Counted from the first letter of the stretch, positions 1 through 13,599 are shown. The stretch is 64,000 nt of DNA from Octopus vulgaris (GCA_951406725.2 OX597817.1:71114001-71178000); one strand, 5' to 3'. A program made the numbers and translations. The notes: generated from the letters alone by a model not told the origin.

Positions 1-595
1 TTCTTTCCTCAGTCGAGTTCCAGATTATCTTTGCAATTTCGGCTGGTTATACTCGAGATTGCTCCAATTTGGCCAGCCCCAAGGAAAAAACGAAGCTAAG
101 AGCACTTGTTCCTTGGAAGAAAGCAGCGAATGTATACGAAAACAAGGACGGAAAAAAAATGGAGAAATGGTACATAAATACAAATGCAAATAACAGGACA
201 TTATCAACAGGTATCTTTCGACTAAGGACGAATTAAATAGAGGTGGCGTGTGTGGAAGTGAAGCCTTACGGCAGGGACATAAAAGATGACTGGCATGGTG
301 AGGAATATAGATGTTGCACGATAGTCGAACCAAGAAAGAAAAGTCAGGCTTAGCCGAACACCGGTCACGTAGAGAGATAGGAGAAAGGTAGAGGCAGAGG
401 GACAGAAGAATTAGCGATGGATGAGAAAAAACAGAAAAGGGTCAGAGTGAAGTGAAAGAGGAGGGAAGGTGAGAATGAAGAGAAAGCCAGGGAATGTGAG
501 AGAGAGGGAACGAAAGAAAGAAGAGTGGAAAGAACGAAGTGTGAAGGGATTCATAGACAGAAAGAAAGAATGAAAGAATAAGAGAGTCGTACAAA

Positions 596-597
<2 letters not shown>
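1..597 (-). mobile_element. Non-coding repeat family A (probable PLE 3' UTR/pseudo-LTR), truncated by window start
   Basis: 1-310 recurs at about 905-1220. The whole block is the reverse complement of about 61114-61720 (e.g. TCCTCAGTCGAGTTCCAGATTATCTTTGCAATTTCGGCTGGTTAT). Ends in (TA)n. PLE assignment inferred from partial-tandem and inverted-terminus architecture; strand arbitrary. Confidence 0.6.
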
Positions 598-654
<57 letters not shown>

Positions 655-696
655 CTCTTTTAGTTTCAGCTCAGAGCTGCGGCCATGCTATATGTA

Positions 697-760
<64 letters not shown>

Positions 761-768
<8 letters not shown>

Positions 769-1222
769 AGACCAAAGTGTACGTACGCCGCAATATGTAT
801 ATAAAAAGGAATACAAAAAATAGGACAAGAATGCAAAACATCCAGACAGCTAGATGATACAAAAAAGGGACAAGAAAAAATACGGACGAGTCATTCGAAG
901 TTTTCTTTCCTCAGTCGAGTTTCAGATTAGCTTTGCAATTTTGGCTGGTTATACTCGAGATTGCTCCAATCTGGCCAGCCCCAAGGAAAAACTAAGCTAA
1001 GAGCACTTGTTCCTTTGAAGAAATCTGCGAATGTATACGAAAACGAGGACGGAAAAGTAAAAAAAAAGAAAACGGAGAAATGGTACATAAATACAAATGC
1101 AATTAACAGGACATAACAACAGGTGTCTTTCGACTAAGGACGAATTAAATTAAGCTGGCGTGTTTGGAAGTGAAGCCTTACGGCAGGGGCATGAGATTTG
1201 ACAGGCATCGTGAGGAATATAT
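761..1222 (-). mobile_element. Family A repeat, second (partial tandem) copy
   Basis: Near-identical to 1-310 and reverse complement of about 61430-61845. Confidence 0.65.
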
Positions 1223-1754
1223 GCATATGTGTATATATGTTCTCTACGAAATACGAAGCCGCATAGGAATTTAGTAAGATCTGCAGTTTCACAGCTTCAA
1301 AAAATATACATACTCGACATTATACTAAGTACTCTTAGACAGAGATAGAAAAATAGATAGATAGATAGAGGGGGAGGAGGAGAGAGATAGAAACAGAAAG
1401 AGAGAGAGCGACAGAGATTGAGAGAAAGAGGTAAAGAGATTCAGAAGTGTATTGTGCGCGTGCACGTGTGTCTATGTGTGTGTGCGTGTGTGCGTGTGTT
1501 GTGCTTGTGTGTCAGTAGATGTTTGTGAGAATGATAAAGCTCGATATGTGAATGACAATGACAAAGGCTAAAGGCACTACAACGATGACGACAAACATAA
1601 CATCGAAGAACCAAAAAATAAACCAAAAATATAAACAGAAAGAATACTAACAGCATGCTTGGTTGGTTTTCCTATTAATGAAATTGCAAAAAACAACAAA
1701 CATACAGCAATAACACCACCACGTCCTATACGTAACCTGCCAAAATATAATACT

Positions 1755-1771
1755 ATTGTTATTATTATTAC

Positions 1772-1829
<58 letters not shown>
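1755..1829. repeat. (TTA)n microsatellite
   Basis: Direct reading. Confidence 0.95.
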
Positions 1830-2127
1830 TAAAGTTAATAAAAGAAAACAGAAATAAATAAAAAAAAAAATAGTTGGAGCGCAGTAAAAGTGACAACTAT
1901 GCTGAAACTTTACATTCACTAAGTTTACCAAGAAGGAAAAAAAATGCGGTTAATGGCAGCATCTAGGTGCCAAATTAATTTCGTTGATGGAATTAGAACG
2001 TAAATTCTGTCCCAAGGGGTCTTTTTTTTATTATGGAACTTTCTAGTATTCCTAGAAAAAAAAGCAAAACACCCAAAACTAAAATGCTTATCTTATTTAG
2101 TGTCCACTCTCTCGGAACTGGTCCAAG

Positions 2128-2159
<32 letters not shown>

Positions 2160-2201
2160 TGTATGTATGTATGTATGTATGTATGTATGTATGTGTGCAT
2201 T

Positions 2202-2274
<73 letters not shown>

Positions 2275-2330
2275 ATATATATATATGTGTGTGTATGTGT
2301 ATATGTATGGATGTGTGAATGTATATATAA
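2128..2330. repeat. Compound (TATG)n/(TA)n/(TG)n microsatellite
   Basis: Direct reading; explains the overlapping YVCM/YI/VC ORFs. Confidence 0.95.
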
Positions 2331-2597
2331 AACAAGAGAATAATATTAAAGATGGACAGAGACAAAAAGGAGTTTGCAGAGAAAAGAATTAAAAACATAA
2401 ACAAATACAGGTATATACTCATCTAAATATGGACATCACAGTTGCGGAAAGGAAACAAGATTGGTTGGTTGGCTGGATGGTTGGGTGGCGGGTTCGTGGA
2501 GAGGGAATCTTCTCTTCGTTAATCTATTTTGCTACCTGACAGTGGATAAACACAAAGATGGTTGATTAATTTTATTGCACTTCTTTAATTCAATTTA

Positions 2598-2630
<33 letters not shown>

Positions 2631-2916
2631 CTTTATGTGTATGTGCGTGAATATGTGCGTACGAAGCGAAGAAAACGTTTTTTGTGCAAAGGGATTGGCA
2701 AAGGGATTTTTGCGCAAAGGGATTCTATAATAGAAGGAAAGACTACACACACACACACACACAGACATACACACACATACACACACACACACACGTACAC
2801 ACGCACACACAAACACGCACGTACGGCACACATACACACATTAATTATCCACTGATGACAACAACAGTGACTGCAATGGTAGCAGCGCCGGTGGCCAAAC
2901 TCCACTTCATCATCGC

Positions 2917-4030
2917 GTGAAGCAGATGTGTGCGGCCTTTCAGCAGCACTTTACTCGACTGTTCGGGACGAGTGGTAGGACGGATAATAAAGCAGACTTC
3001 GGTGTCTATCTCGTCGGCCTGCCGCGACCCTCGACCAGCGAGACGGAGTGCTGCGAAAGGCCGATAACAGTCGCGGAGATACAGGAGTCGATGAAGGGCT
3101 ACGCGAGAAGCTGGTCGCCGGGTTTGGATGGTCTACCCTACGAGCTTTATATTTCTATGCCAGGCGTCTACCTAAACTGGCAACAAAATGGGAGAATCCC
3201 CACTTTTGTTTGTCGAGGGTTGGTGGCACTGCTGAGAAGCGACCCAAACAAAGGGGACATGACAGACAATTTCAAGCCCATCACTCTGCTCAATCCAGAG
3301 ATGAAGATTTTGGCCAAGGTGTTAGCCAAGAGGTTGGAGTTTGTCGTGGACAAGCTGATTGGCGAGACGCAAACACGCGCCATACCAACCAGGACTATTC
3401 GCAACAACCTCCAACTCATGCGCTATATCATAGAGAGGGTAGGAAACGAAGCTGGCATGGGTGGGGCTCTGATCAATTTAGGTCAATTTAAAGCCTTCGA
3501 TAGGCTCGACCGCCAATACTTGGCAGCTGTTCTCGCAGCAGACAGTCTCGGTCCAGTTTTCCGCTGTTGGATCGCTGCTTTGTACAGCAGCATCTGCTCA
3601 ATAGCGCGAATGAATGGTCACCGGTCAGAATTACTCAGCATCTTGCGTTCGGTCCATCAAGGGTGGCTGCGGAAGCTGGAGGCATTGAGGGGTGTCCTGC
3701 GTGATCTAGGATGTGGGAGAAGCGTGTCTGCTTATGCTGACGATGTCACCGTGATAGTGTCGAACCACAGACACATAGACCTGATTGGCGACACACTAAA
3801 AGAATTTGAAGCGGTTGCAGGAGCAAAAATTAACGCTGAAAAATCAATGGGCTTCCAACACGGCATCTGGAGAGAAAAATCCATGCTGTCCAACAGCGTC
3901 ATGTGGCGCTGGACAGACGGTCCGGTTAAATTGCTCGGGGTCTGGTTCGGTCCCAAACCTCCATTTGGAGAAAAACTAGGACGAGGTGACGAACAGGTTG
4001 AACAATCTCACCCAGAAAAGGGCCGAGAAG
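2917..4030 (+). pseudogene. Tx1/L1-clade non-LTR retrotransposon reverse transcriptase fragment
   Basis: 375-aa ORF with SPGLDGLPYELY, NFKPITLLNPEMKILAKVLAKRL, KAFDRLD, SVHQG, AYADD and VKLLGVWFG. Internal deletions (no CPLSP after QG), no endonuclease, truncated 3'. Confidence 0.9.
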
Positions 4031-4032
4031 AA

Positions 4033-4580
4033 GCTCGAAAATGAGTCAGTCTCACATCCTGTCTTCTGCTAGAGGATGGTAGGGGTTCGCCCCCACTTCC
4101 AGCAATATATATGTATGTACAGGGTGCAGCGCCACATCGATAGCCAGGTGGCGGAAGGTCTGCTTGGGGTTAAAGTAGAAGTAACACGGACCAGCCACTT
4201 TGATGTGGTTACTTGCTAGTATAATTACTACTCTGATTTCGAGATTTTACAAGTAGCTATTTTGCTTGTTGCAAATCAGTGACCGAGGGTCCCTTTCTTT
4301 ACAATATATAGCTGGCTGGAGCTGACCCTGGCTACCACTCTGGCGACCAGGTACTCGCAACTGAAGATGAGTCAACTGGAAATGAGAAATGGCTCGAAAA
4401 TGAGTCAGTCTCACGAAAATGTTGTCATCTAGAGAATGGTACGGGTTGCCCCCCCACCGCTAGCAATATATATATATATATGTTCAGGATGCAGCATCGC
4501 ACCAATAACCAGCTGGCGGAAGATCTGCCTGGGGTTAAACTAGTAGTGACACGGAATAGCCACTTTGATGTGGTGATTAA
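4033..4580 (+). repeat. Partial tandem repeat (about 185 bp: 4033-4215 and 4392-4580), PLE pseudo-LTR-like
   Basis: Both copies start GCTCGAAAATGAGTCAGTCTCAC and end AGCCACTTTGATGTGGT. Confidence 0.75.
4361..4406 (+). ncRNA. Degenerate hammerhead ribozyme core
   Basis: CTGAAGA-T-GAGTCA(15-nt loop)TGGCTC-GAAA-ATGAG-TC. Core and stem II are intact; stems I and III do not pair well. Confidence 0.45.
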
Positions 4581-4619
4581 CTTTACTCACACACACACAC
4601 ACACACACATAGATATGTA

Positions 4620-4836
4620 TACGAGAGAGATGATGAAAAGTTCCAGGCATTTAGGGTCTCGCGAAAGGCCTGACTGGAGGCCCAACCTAGCGAGATTTTT
4701 TTTTACAGGGCTTAGAAAAGCCGAAGGACTGCTGCAATAGGTGTGGGAATCTGAGAGGGGAATACTTTGAATAAAATCATAATTAACAAATTGTCATGTA
4801 CTTTCTTTTACCCTAAGCCAGGAACTTTTCAGTATA
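4620..4836. mobile_element. Mariner-type MITE
   Basis: TA-CGAGAGAGATGATGAAAAGTTCCAGGC...TTAGGGT versus ACCCTAAGCCAGGAACTTTTCAG-TA: imperfect TIRs. Confidence 0.65.
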
Positions 4837-4838
4837 CA

Positions 4839-4869
<31 letters not shown>

Positions 4870-4952
4870 GTGCGTGTGTATGTGTATAATTCTTTTTGGG
4901 AAGAGTGGATCACGAAGCCCATTAAGCTATAAGTAAAAGAAGGTAAATACTG

Positions 4953-5423
4953 GGCTGAAAAATCTTTTTGGAGAGCAATGTTTTAGGGCCGCTCGTGATA
5001 TTCGAACACACCCCTCCTGTAGACATAATAGGCGTTCTACCATTGGTCCAACGCAATCCTTTGCATTTTTCTACCCATTTTAGAAACTTTATTCTTACCA
5101 GCGAGAATTGTATGTGGTTGACGTCGTAAGAATCTTATAAACTTTCGAGAGAGCATGAAATAATTGTTGCTTGGAACAGTTGATCTCGAAGCTTATAAAT
5201 CTGTAAATAATCGTATGTAAATATTGGGGTGAAAGCTTATAAATTCTTATGTCGTTAACAACACACAATTCTCGATAGTAAGACTAAAGTTTCTAAAATG
5301 GATATAAAAATGGAAAGGTTTGTTTTGGTCCAATGGTAGAACGCCTGTCACGTCTACAGGAGAGATGTGTTCCAATATCACGAGCGGCCCTCAAACATTT
5401 CTCTCCAAAGAGATTTTTCAGCC
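4953..5423. repeat. Long imperfect inverted repeat (foldback/MITE), arms about 190 bp
   Basis: 4953-5146 is reverse complementary to 5231-5423 (e.g. GGGCCGCTCGTGATATT / AATATCACGAGCGGCCC). Confidence 0.85.
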
Positions 5424-6447
5424 TGTCACATCTAGAGGAGATGTGGGTTCGAATCTCAGGAACAACCGTCTAGTCTTTTTGTCCGAAAGAAGTTTTCAAC
5501 TATCCTCGATGAGTGGCTCTGTTGTCAAGCGCTATGTGTTTAACATGGAATTTACCTGGTAGAGTAGGACGATGGTCTTTTTTGCTTTCCGTGGCTTTCA
5601 TCCGATTTATTTTCCTGTAAGTCACCATCGCGTTGATAAGACACAAATTCATCACAGAACGTGAAGTATCAGAAATTATTTTATCCCACAATTACATTAA
5701 TTTATTTGTCTGGCCCGATACTTTACGTATCAACCTCGAAATGACGGAAGGGAAAGATGACCTCTGCGTTATTTTAACTCAGTTGAGAATCTGTACAAAT
5801 ACTGACTTTGAAATATAGTTTGTTTCAGACAGCATTATGTAAAACATTTTTGAGACATTGATATGTTATTTAGAGAGAATTGATTGCTATTTCTTGCAGG
5901 TCGAACGACCACAGAGAAGTTCTAGATTTAGATCATACAGCAAGATGTTTTCTCTGTCGCCCCATCTTTTCTAATGCCATTCATCACATAATATCTGTTA
6001 TGAGATCGCTAGCATACAATCTATCTTTGTCACTTACTTTATTGGTTTTTGTTTAGAAGCATAAAGAATCATTAAAAAAACGAAGCAAACTCCTCCTAAA
6101 TCGAAACAACGATTTCGATCTAACTTTCATTCAAGTTTACTTTAGTTCTACTGCTAATGCCCTTTAGATTGGTATGAGCGTCATAATTTGCTGCAATTTG
6201 CTCTTTCCCGAACTATAAAGACTTTACATCGACATAAATAGTAATGCCATTACGTGACAGACACTGTGTAGCATGAAGCAGTTTTTATCTATCTATGTAT
6301 ATTTATTTATTAGCTACAGTCACCCTCGTGATTTAAGGCATCCTAGAAGTGACAAACTCGTTTTTTCTCGTGAGTGATTTTCTCTATTTTAAGCGTTTAT
6401 TACTAGGGTACTGTACATGTGTATTCTTCTTACTGCCATGCTCCTGG

Positions 6448-7260
6448 GCAGCGAACTGGCATAATCGTTAGTACGCCGGGCGTACTGCTTAGCGGTATTT
6501 CGTCTGCCGCTACATTCTGAGTTCAAATTCCGCCGAGGTCGACTTTACCTTTCATCCTTTCGGGGTCGATAAATTAAGTACCAGTTACGCACTGGGGTCG
6601 ATGTAATCGACTTAATCCGTTTGTCTGTCCTTGTTTGTCCCCTCTGTGTTTAGCCCCTTGTGGGTAGTAAAGAAATAGGTATTTCGTCTGCCGTTACGTT
6701 CTGAGTTCAAATTCCGCTGAGGTCGACTAAGCCTTTCATCCTTTCGGGGTCGATTGAATAAGTACCAGTTACGCACTGGGGTCGATATAATCGACTTAAT
6801 CCGTTTGTCTGTCCTTGTTTGTCCTCTCTGTGTTTAGCCCCTTGTGGGTAGTAAAGAAATAGGTATTTCGCTCGTCACTATGTTCTGAGTTCAAATTCCT
6901 CCAAAGTCGACTTTGCCTTTCATCCTTTCGGGGTTGATGAATTAAGTACCAGTGAAATACTATGGTCAATGTAATCGACTAGTCCCCTCCCTTCAAATTT
7001 CAGGCTTTATGTCTATAGTAGAGAGAATTATTACCGTACTGTAAAGGGATGAAACTGGCAGAATCGTTATCACGCAGGGTAAACTGTTTAGAGGCATTTC
7101 GTTCGTCATTTTGTTCTGAGTTCAAATCCCACCGAGGTCGGCTTTGCCTTTCATCTTTTCGGGGTCGATAAAATAAGTACCTCTTGAGTACTGGGATCGC
7201 TGTAATTGACTGAGCCCTTCCTCTGAACCTGCTGGCTTTGTGCCAAAACTTGAAAACATT
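6448..7260 (+). mobile_element. Tandem array of tRNA-derived SINE family 1 (4 units)
   Basis: Head GGCAGCGAACTGGCA, B-box GAGTTCAAATTCC, core GCCTTTCATCCTTTCGGGGTCGATAAATTAAGTACC. Units restart at GGTATTTCG at about 6495, 6678 and 6862; a diverged copy starts at about 7050. Confidence 0.9.
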
Positions 7261-7714
7261 ATTACTGTACTCTATGTGTCCTAATACTATGACACCCTCC
7301 CCATGTATTCTGAATACTAGAGTACTGAATCTGCGTAGTCTTAATGCTAGTGTACTGTATCTGTATGTATTTAACTCTTGGGTACCGTATGCGTTCTTAA
7401 TACTAGAGCACTGTTTAGTAGATCAAGATCGCTTTCAATATTTCTGGATATCAACAACATAAAGTACTAATCAAGTACAGGGATCCGTTACATCGACTAA
7501 ATCCTCCTTCAAAATTTCAAGCCTTTTGCATACTTTAGAAACAAAGAAAAAGGAAAAAAAAAGAAATCCAGGGCGCTAGAATGGCAGACTCTTTGGACAA
7601 AATGTCTTGTGGTTTTTACTTGCGTGTCTTTACAGCAATAAATACAGTACTGATTAAGTATTTGGGGGCATATGTTAGAAACAATGTTAGAAATAATGTT
7701 TTACTCGTAATCTT

Positions 7715-8090
7715 GTGGGGAGTGGGCTAACCAATTATATGATCCTAGTATTTAACGGGTACTTATTTTATGAAACTCAAAAAGATGAAAGACAAAGTCG
7801 ACCTTGGTGAAATTTGAACTCAGAACGTAAAGTCGGATGAAATTCCGCTGAAGATTCTACCAGTTCGCCCCTTTATGTTGGAAAAAAAATCGCTTTAAAT
7901 TTAAGCACAGAGCAAGCAGTTTTTGAGGGGAGGGAGAAGTCGCTTACATCAGCACCAATGCTTGACTAGTACATATTTTATTTTATTGATACCGAAAGGT
8001 AAAGTCGACATCGACGGAATTTGAACTCAGGACATAAAGACGTACGAAATACCGCTAAGAATTTTGGCCTGCGTGCTTACGATTCACCCA
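7715..8090 (-). mobile_element. Two decayed SINE family 1 copies
   Basis: GATGAAAGACAAAGTCGACC...AATTTGAACTCAG, the reverse complement of core plus B-box, occurs twice. Confidence 0.75.
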
Positions 8091-8512
8091 AACAGTAGGG
8101 TAATGTGTTGTCTTCTTAATACAAGGATACAAGGGTCTTGTATCTGTATATTTATAGCTTATTACTAGAGGACTGCAAGCGTATGATCACTTATTTATTT
8201 ATTCAGTTATGTTTTGTGGTTGATAATGTTAACATTGTTAATCTAATTTTTTTATTTTTTGTTGAATACTCCTACGTAAGCTAGTTGCTATCAACATATT
8301 CTACAAGAAGCCATTAAAGCAACGAATATAAGACTGCAAAGCAGAACTAGATAGAAAGACAACGAACTCGCTCTATTTTATTTACTCTCTCTTTCCCTCT
8401 GTTTCTCTCCCTTTCTTTGTTTCTCTCTCATTACTTACAGTCACCATACATATATTATATACATTTATATACATGTATTTCTATATATTTCTATACATGT
8501 ATACTTACATAA

Positions 8513-8543
<31 letters not shown>

Positions 8544-8553
8544 TGTATATATA

Positions 8554-8594
<41 letters not shown>

Positions 8595-8597
8595 GTA

Positions 8598-8634
<37 letters not shown>

Positions 8635-8892
8635 CGTATATGCATATATATAATGTATGTATATAATATATATACACACATATACGTATGTGAGTGTGTA
8701 TGCATGCGAGCATGTGTGTGTGTGTGTGTGTGTTAATTTACGTGAGATAAACAGATATTGCATTCCCGGCTATGTAATCTGTTTATCTCACGTAAATAAG
8801 TCTACAAACTTCGAACATAAAAGTTGGATTATGCATATATTTACTTTTTGATATGAAAGATTAAAAAAAACAACACACACACATACTCTCAA

Positions 8893-8985
<93 letters not shown>

Positions 8986-9009
8986 CTCTCTCTCTCTCTC
9001 TCATAGACA

Positions 9010-10020
9010 CACATTATATTCCTCGTTTGTGCCAAATCGGTTGAAGCCATGCTGACTCCAAAATCTATGTATTTATCTATACTAGTTAAAATTTTTAGCT
9101 TAAAATACAACACCAAACAGGTAATGTTATTGTCCTTATATTGTGTCAGACGAAGGTGCATACTTTCTCCTTTTAAAACAATGGAAGTTCCCCAAATGGC
9201 AGCATTTGAATACTTCGAACACAGGTCGAACATTACTGAATGGGATGGTGTAGAGCAGGGATCAGGGAATTTCTTTAACCAATTACCTCCAAATATATTT
9301 ATTTACACAGACGATACCCCATTTGATTCGAAAGGCATTGATTCAAAGCATCTATGATTTTCTCCCTTTCGAATCAAGCGGGGTAACGTCTGTGTAAATA
9401 AATATATTTGGGCGTAAAAAAAAAAAATCCCTGACCCCTGATACAGGCAGTGACGAAAGTTATGTCCGGGAGGATATATTGAGGATTTGTCTACTGCCAA
9501 ATCAACTACATCAGAATCACTGAAAACAAACCTGTATGACTTCTATGGAATCTCTACTGTTTCTTTGGCATCATTATCGAGAATGATGTCTTCGCCGATC
9601 AATTGGCCGATAAATGAAATAATGGCTGTTTGCCTTTCTGCTAATGAATAAAAGACTTTGGGATTGTGTCTAATTTTTCAATGACTCAGTCTTCCTCATC
9701 GGCCCTTTGCTGTTTTTGCGGAAACTACAATTTATTATTGGTTAGTGATGTAATTCTTAATTGTGCATTTGGTTCTTTGGAGCCGGTGATGAAGCAGTCA
9801 TGTTGTTAGCATAATCTATCGCATAAAGAATAGCGGAATGTTCTGGGTTTCTATTTTATTCGTGTAAGTGGGGTGTGGAACAATCGTTCTTTTATGGAAG
9901 TACTCAAGTTTATTGGTTTGGGCAGTTTCCGTGAGATGAGTAGATTGCGAGTTGTGGTCATGGCTCCTGCAGTATTGACTTTAGTGGGACAAGACTGTTG
10001 GTAGACGTAGTGTTAAAAGA
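9010..10020 (-). pseudogene. Highly decayed CR1/L2-like LINE ORF2 linker remnant
   Basis: Minus-strand translation IRHNPKVFYSLAERQTAIISFIGQLIGEDIILDNDAKETVEIP*KSYRFVFSD resembles the CR1 NPK.FY...IGPL...E.AEIL..QY.SVF linker. Confidence 0.55.
9256..9440. mobile_element. Hairpin MITE inserted in the CR1-like remnant
   Basis: CAGGGATCAGGGA / TCCCTGACCCCTG ends, plus about 46-bp near-perfect inner arms (9291-9337 / 9366-9411). Confidence 0.75.
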
Positions 10021-10205
10021 GGGAAGGAGCGTTTTCTTGTTGCCGGTGGAGGAGGTAGTAGAATCGATAAAAGATGATGATGATGATGACGACGACGACG
10101 ACGACGACGGTGAAGATGCTGGATATATAAGTTCGGTGTTAGATTAATCTATTGATGTAATGGTACCCCATTTCAATTAGATGTTTGGTTTTTAAAATAT
10201 TAAAT

Positions 10206-10246
<41 letters not shown>

Positions 10247-11735
10247 TGCTCCTCATTTTCTCTCTTTTTTGATACATATATGCACTCACACACACACACA
10301 CACACACATATATACGTATGTGTGTATATGTGTGTGCATTCAAAAACACAAACGCGCCTGCGCATATCCATCACCTCAAATTGGGAAAAAACAACAGAAA
10401 TAGCATTGGGCATTATGTAGTAGCACAACATCTCTATATCTCTATCGAACTTCTGTCTGTCTCAGTAATTTATGAGATTAATGTAAAGCAACCATTAACC
10501 AAATTACTGAGACATATCGTCAAACTTTACGTTGGTCGGATATCGACGGCTGTGTGATATGGCCGTGCGTATCCTTACTTGTGTGCGAGTGTGAGTGTGT
10601 GTGTTTCAGTGTGTGTGCGTGTGTGAGTATGTATGCATTTGTGTATGCGTTATGCGTGTGTGCGTGTATCTGAGAAAATGAGAAAGTTAGAGGTGTAGTA
10701 TTTTAGGACAGTCAGGCGATGGTGTTTAGGTTGATATCGGTGAATTGACAGAATTGTTACAGCATAAGACAAAACGTATTGTAGTGTTTATTCCGACTTT
10801 CTGTTCTTTTATAAAATTCCAGTACAGAAGGCTGTGACTTTTGGAATTATTAGAGCCTGCGTTGAAATATCTTGGGGTATTTGTTCCGACACTTTGCATT
10901 CTGAGTTCAAATTCCGTCATTGCCTTTTTGGGTGGCAGACTAGATCCGTTTCCCTTGTTCTTACCAAGCTAAAGTAGAGGCCAGTCTAGTGCAATTGTTA
11001 ACATCAGGTCTCGGGTTTCAGGTCCATTCGTCTCTCCACCTCTCGTCAACCTTGTGGCGTTCAACTCCCCTTTCTCTGCACTTAACGTTATTCCCAGTCT
11101 TTCTTCCTCTAAACAACATCCTCTGGAGTGTTTTCTTTCTGTTCATGCCATTACTCACTTGTTGGTCTGTAACTTTTTAAATGGAACATTAATGGCATCG
11201 AGTTTGTTGGTCTCGAAGGGCGTGCAAGTGTCACGGGCACTGCCCCTTCTTCAGGCTTAGTAAGTAAAAGAAAAACCTTCGGAACATGAAAAAACAAAAC
11301 AAAACGGGTCACGGATGCTGTCCACCACCTTTTGCTTTTACGTAACTAAGAGGTAAAAAAATAGTTGACCTTGACAGAACAGGCCTATGATCCATAGCAT
11401 TCCAATGATGGCCATCATTTCTTTCCGCCAGACACAGTGTACTAAGATTATATTTATTCAATGAGTCTTTCTATGTTGACAGTAAAATGTAACTCGAGGG
11501 ATTTTTGGCTGCTATTTTTAGCTGGTGGTCGACTGATCATAGTTTGTAAGATGTCTACAATGAGGTTGTTGATATCATCAGAGTGGCTGGGGTTTAATTG
11601 TAGTGGACGTAATGGTAGCGGAGCTAGTGGTAATTAATAGTTTTCGTTAATGAAAATAAATTAGATGAGAGTGAATATATATCTTTTCAGTCACAGTTTT
11701 CCCGCCTACCACGAAATTCACAATCAACTACATGT

Positions 11736-11830
<95 letters not shown>
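11736..11830. repeat. (CA)n microsatellite
   Basis: Direct reading. Confidence 0.95.
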
Positions 11831-11834
<4 letters not shown>

Positions 11835-12484
11835 CAGAGTGCACACATACATACATACATATTTGCAATGATGTGCACAGTGATACATATTAAGTGATAC
11901 ATAATACGCATTCACGTAAATATAAGTGAATACACACACGCGCACACATTCAAACACACGCACACTGTGATGCATACTTATGGATACATTCACACAGTGT
12001 TACGTACATACATTCACATACTTAAGCATGAAAACATAATGCAGCAGAGTAACATACATAGACTCACATATACATACATACACATTCACATAAATAGACC
12101 ACACACATACACACTAACTGGGATGGAGTGATGCATTTACTCTCTTAAGCACACATACGTAGAGAGACACAAACAAACTTGTTTTCACATACAGACTGAC
12201 ATACATGCGTTATACACATACATGTATACAGATGTAAACATATGCACAAACATATATAACATAAACGCGTACATCTTTTAAAACATTTGTCATTTTATAA
12301 GATTTTGCTGGCAAATTCTTAAATTAACATAAACATTTATTTGCATGTAAGAAAATTACCAGAGCACTTTCTTCTAATTCTTCTAAAACTTTCTGTTAAA
12401 ACTGAATTGAAGCCATTTGTGGGTAATTTTTTTCCTTTTTATCACAAATACATCTTTGCTTAATCATACTGAAAATAAAATGTA

Positions 12485-13005
12485 CTGTAAATCCTCGAGT
12501 ATAATCCGCATTTTTTCCTCAAAATTTAAAGGTCAAAATCCATAGTGCGTACTATATACGAGGTTAAAAATGAAAAATGTTTTCTAAACAATATCCGAGT
12601 CTCTATTTACTGTCCGGCAATGTTTATTCAGACGCATTTTGCGATGTCAGGCGCAAAAATACCTTAAGCTAAGCTTGAAAGCAATGAAGTCACAAAAGAA
12701 TCGTCCATGACTTGCAGTAAGCAACATTTATTAAAATAAAAGTATTCAGATCACAGAATAACATGTAACAAAAACAATTTGCAAACATATTTACATTCCC
12801 ATATAAGAGTTAAGAACATTACCATTTTTGTATTACGCATGCGCAAAAGAGTTTGTTCGACTAGGTGCTGCTGGCTTAATTACGCACGACTCAAGTTAGA
12901 GAAGGGTGCGTATTATACACAAGGTTTAGGTTTTTCAGAAGTACAGCCCCTAAAAATCCCCCTGAGTATTATACTCAAGGGCGGACTATACTCGAGGATT
13001 TACGG
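12485..13005. mobile_element. pogo/Tigger-type MITE
   Basis: TIRs CTGTAAATCCTCGAGTATA / TATACTCGAGGATTTACGG with TA on both sides (12483-84 and 13006-07). Confidence 0.85.
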
Positions 13006-13567
13006 TAATCAAGTAAAACTTATTCTGAAGCTCCAACTCATTGGTGTGTCATTTCTGTTGAATATATTTGTGTTAAAAAACAAAATGATACAAAAAAAAC
13101 AACAAAACAAAACAAAAAACTAGCAATGCAGCACCAAGTGCTTTAATAGATCGCACACAAGGTTCATAGGAACCTACTGTAGCCTCGCAAACAAATGCAT
13201 AAATACATAAATGCATTCGAATAGACACACACAGACATACAAACCCGCAAATATACGTATACTCACATATATACGATACATACAAAATACACACACACAC
13301 ACACACACGAATTTTGAAAATCCTACTTTTACACAGTCTTGCCTCAATACTTTTTAGGGGAGTGTATGTTTATGAAGTTTTACAAGGAAAATTTGACAGT
13401 GACTTCGAAGTTTCGGTTTGCTCGTCATCTTGTAAAAAACTTAATGTGTGTGTATATGCTTGTTTATATGAATGAATGTATGTAAGAATGTATGTATGTA
13501 CACATGTATGCATACTTTATGTATCTGTCTATACATACATACATACATACATACATACATACATACA

Positions 13568-13599
<32 letters not shown>

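Noticed and set aside
11208-11258. Minus-strand CTGAAGA...hairpin...GAGA hammerhead-like motif
   Set aside because: GAAA mutated and no stem I or III; at best a relic.
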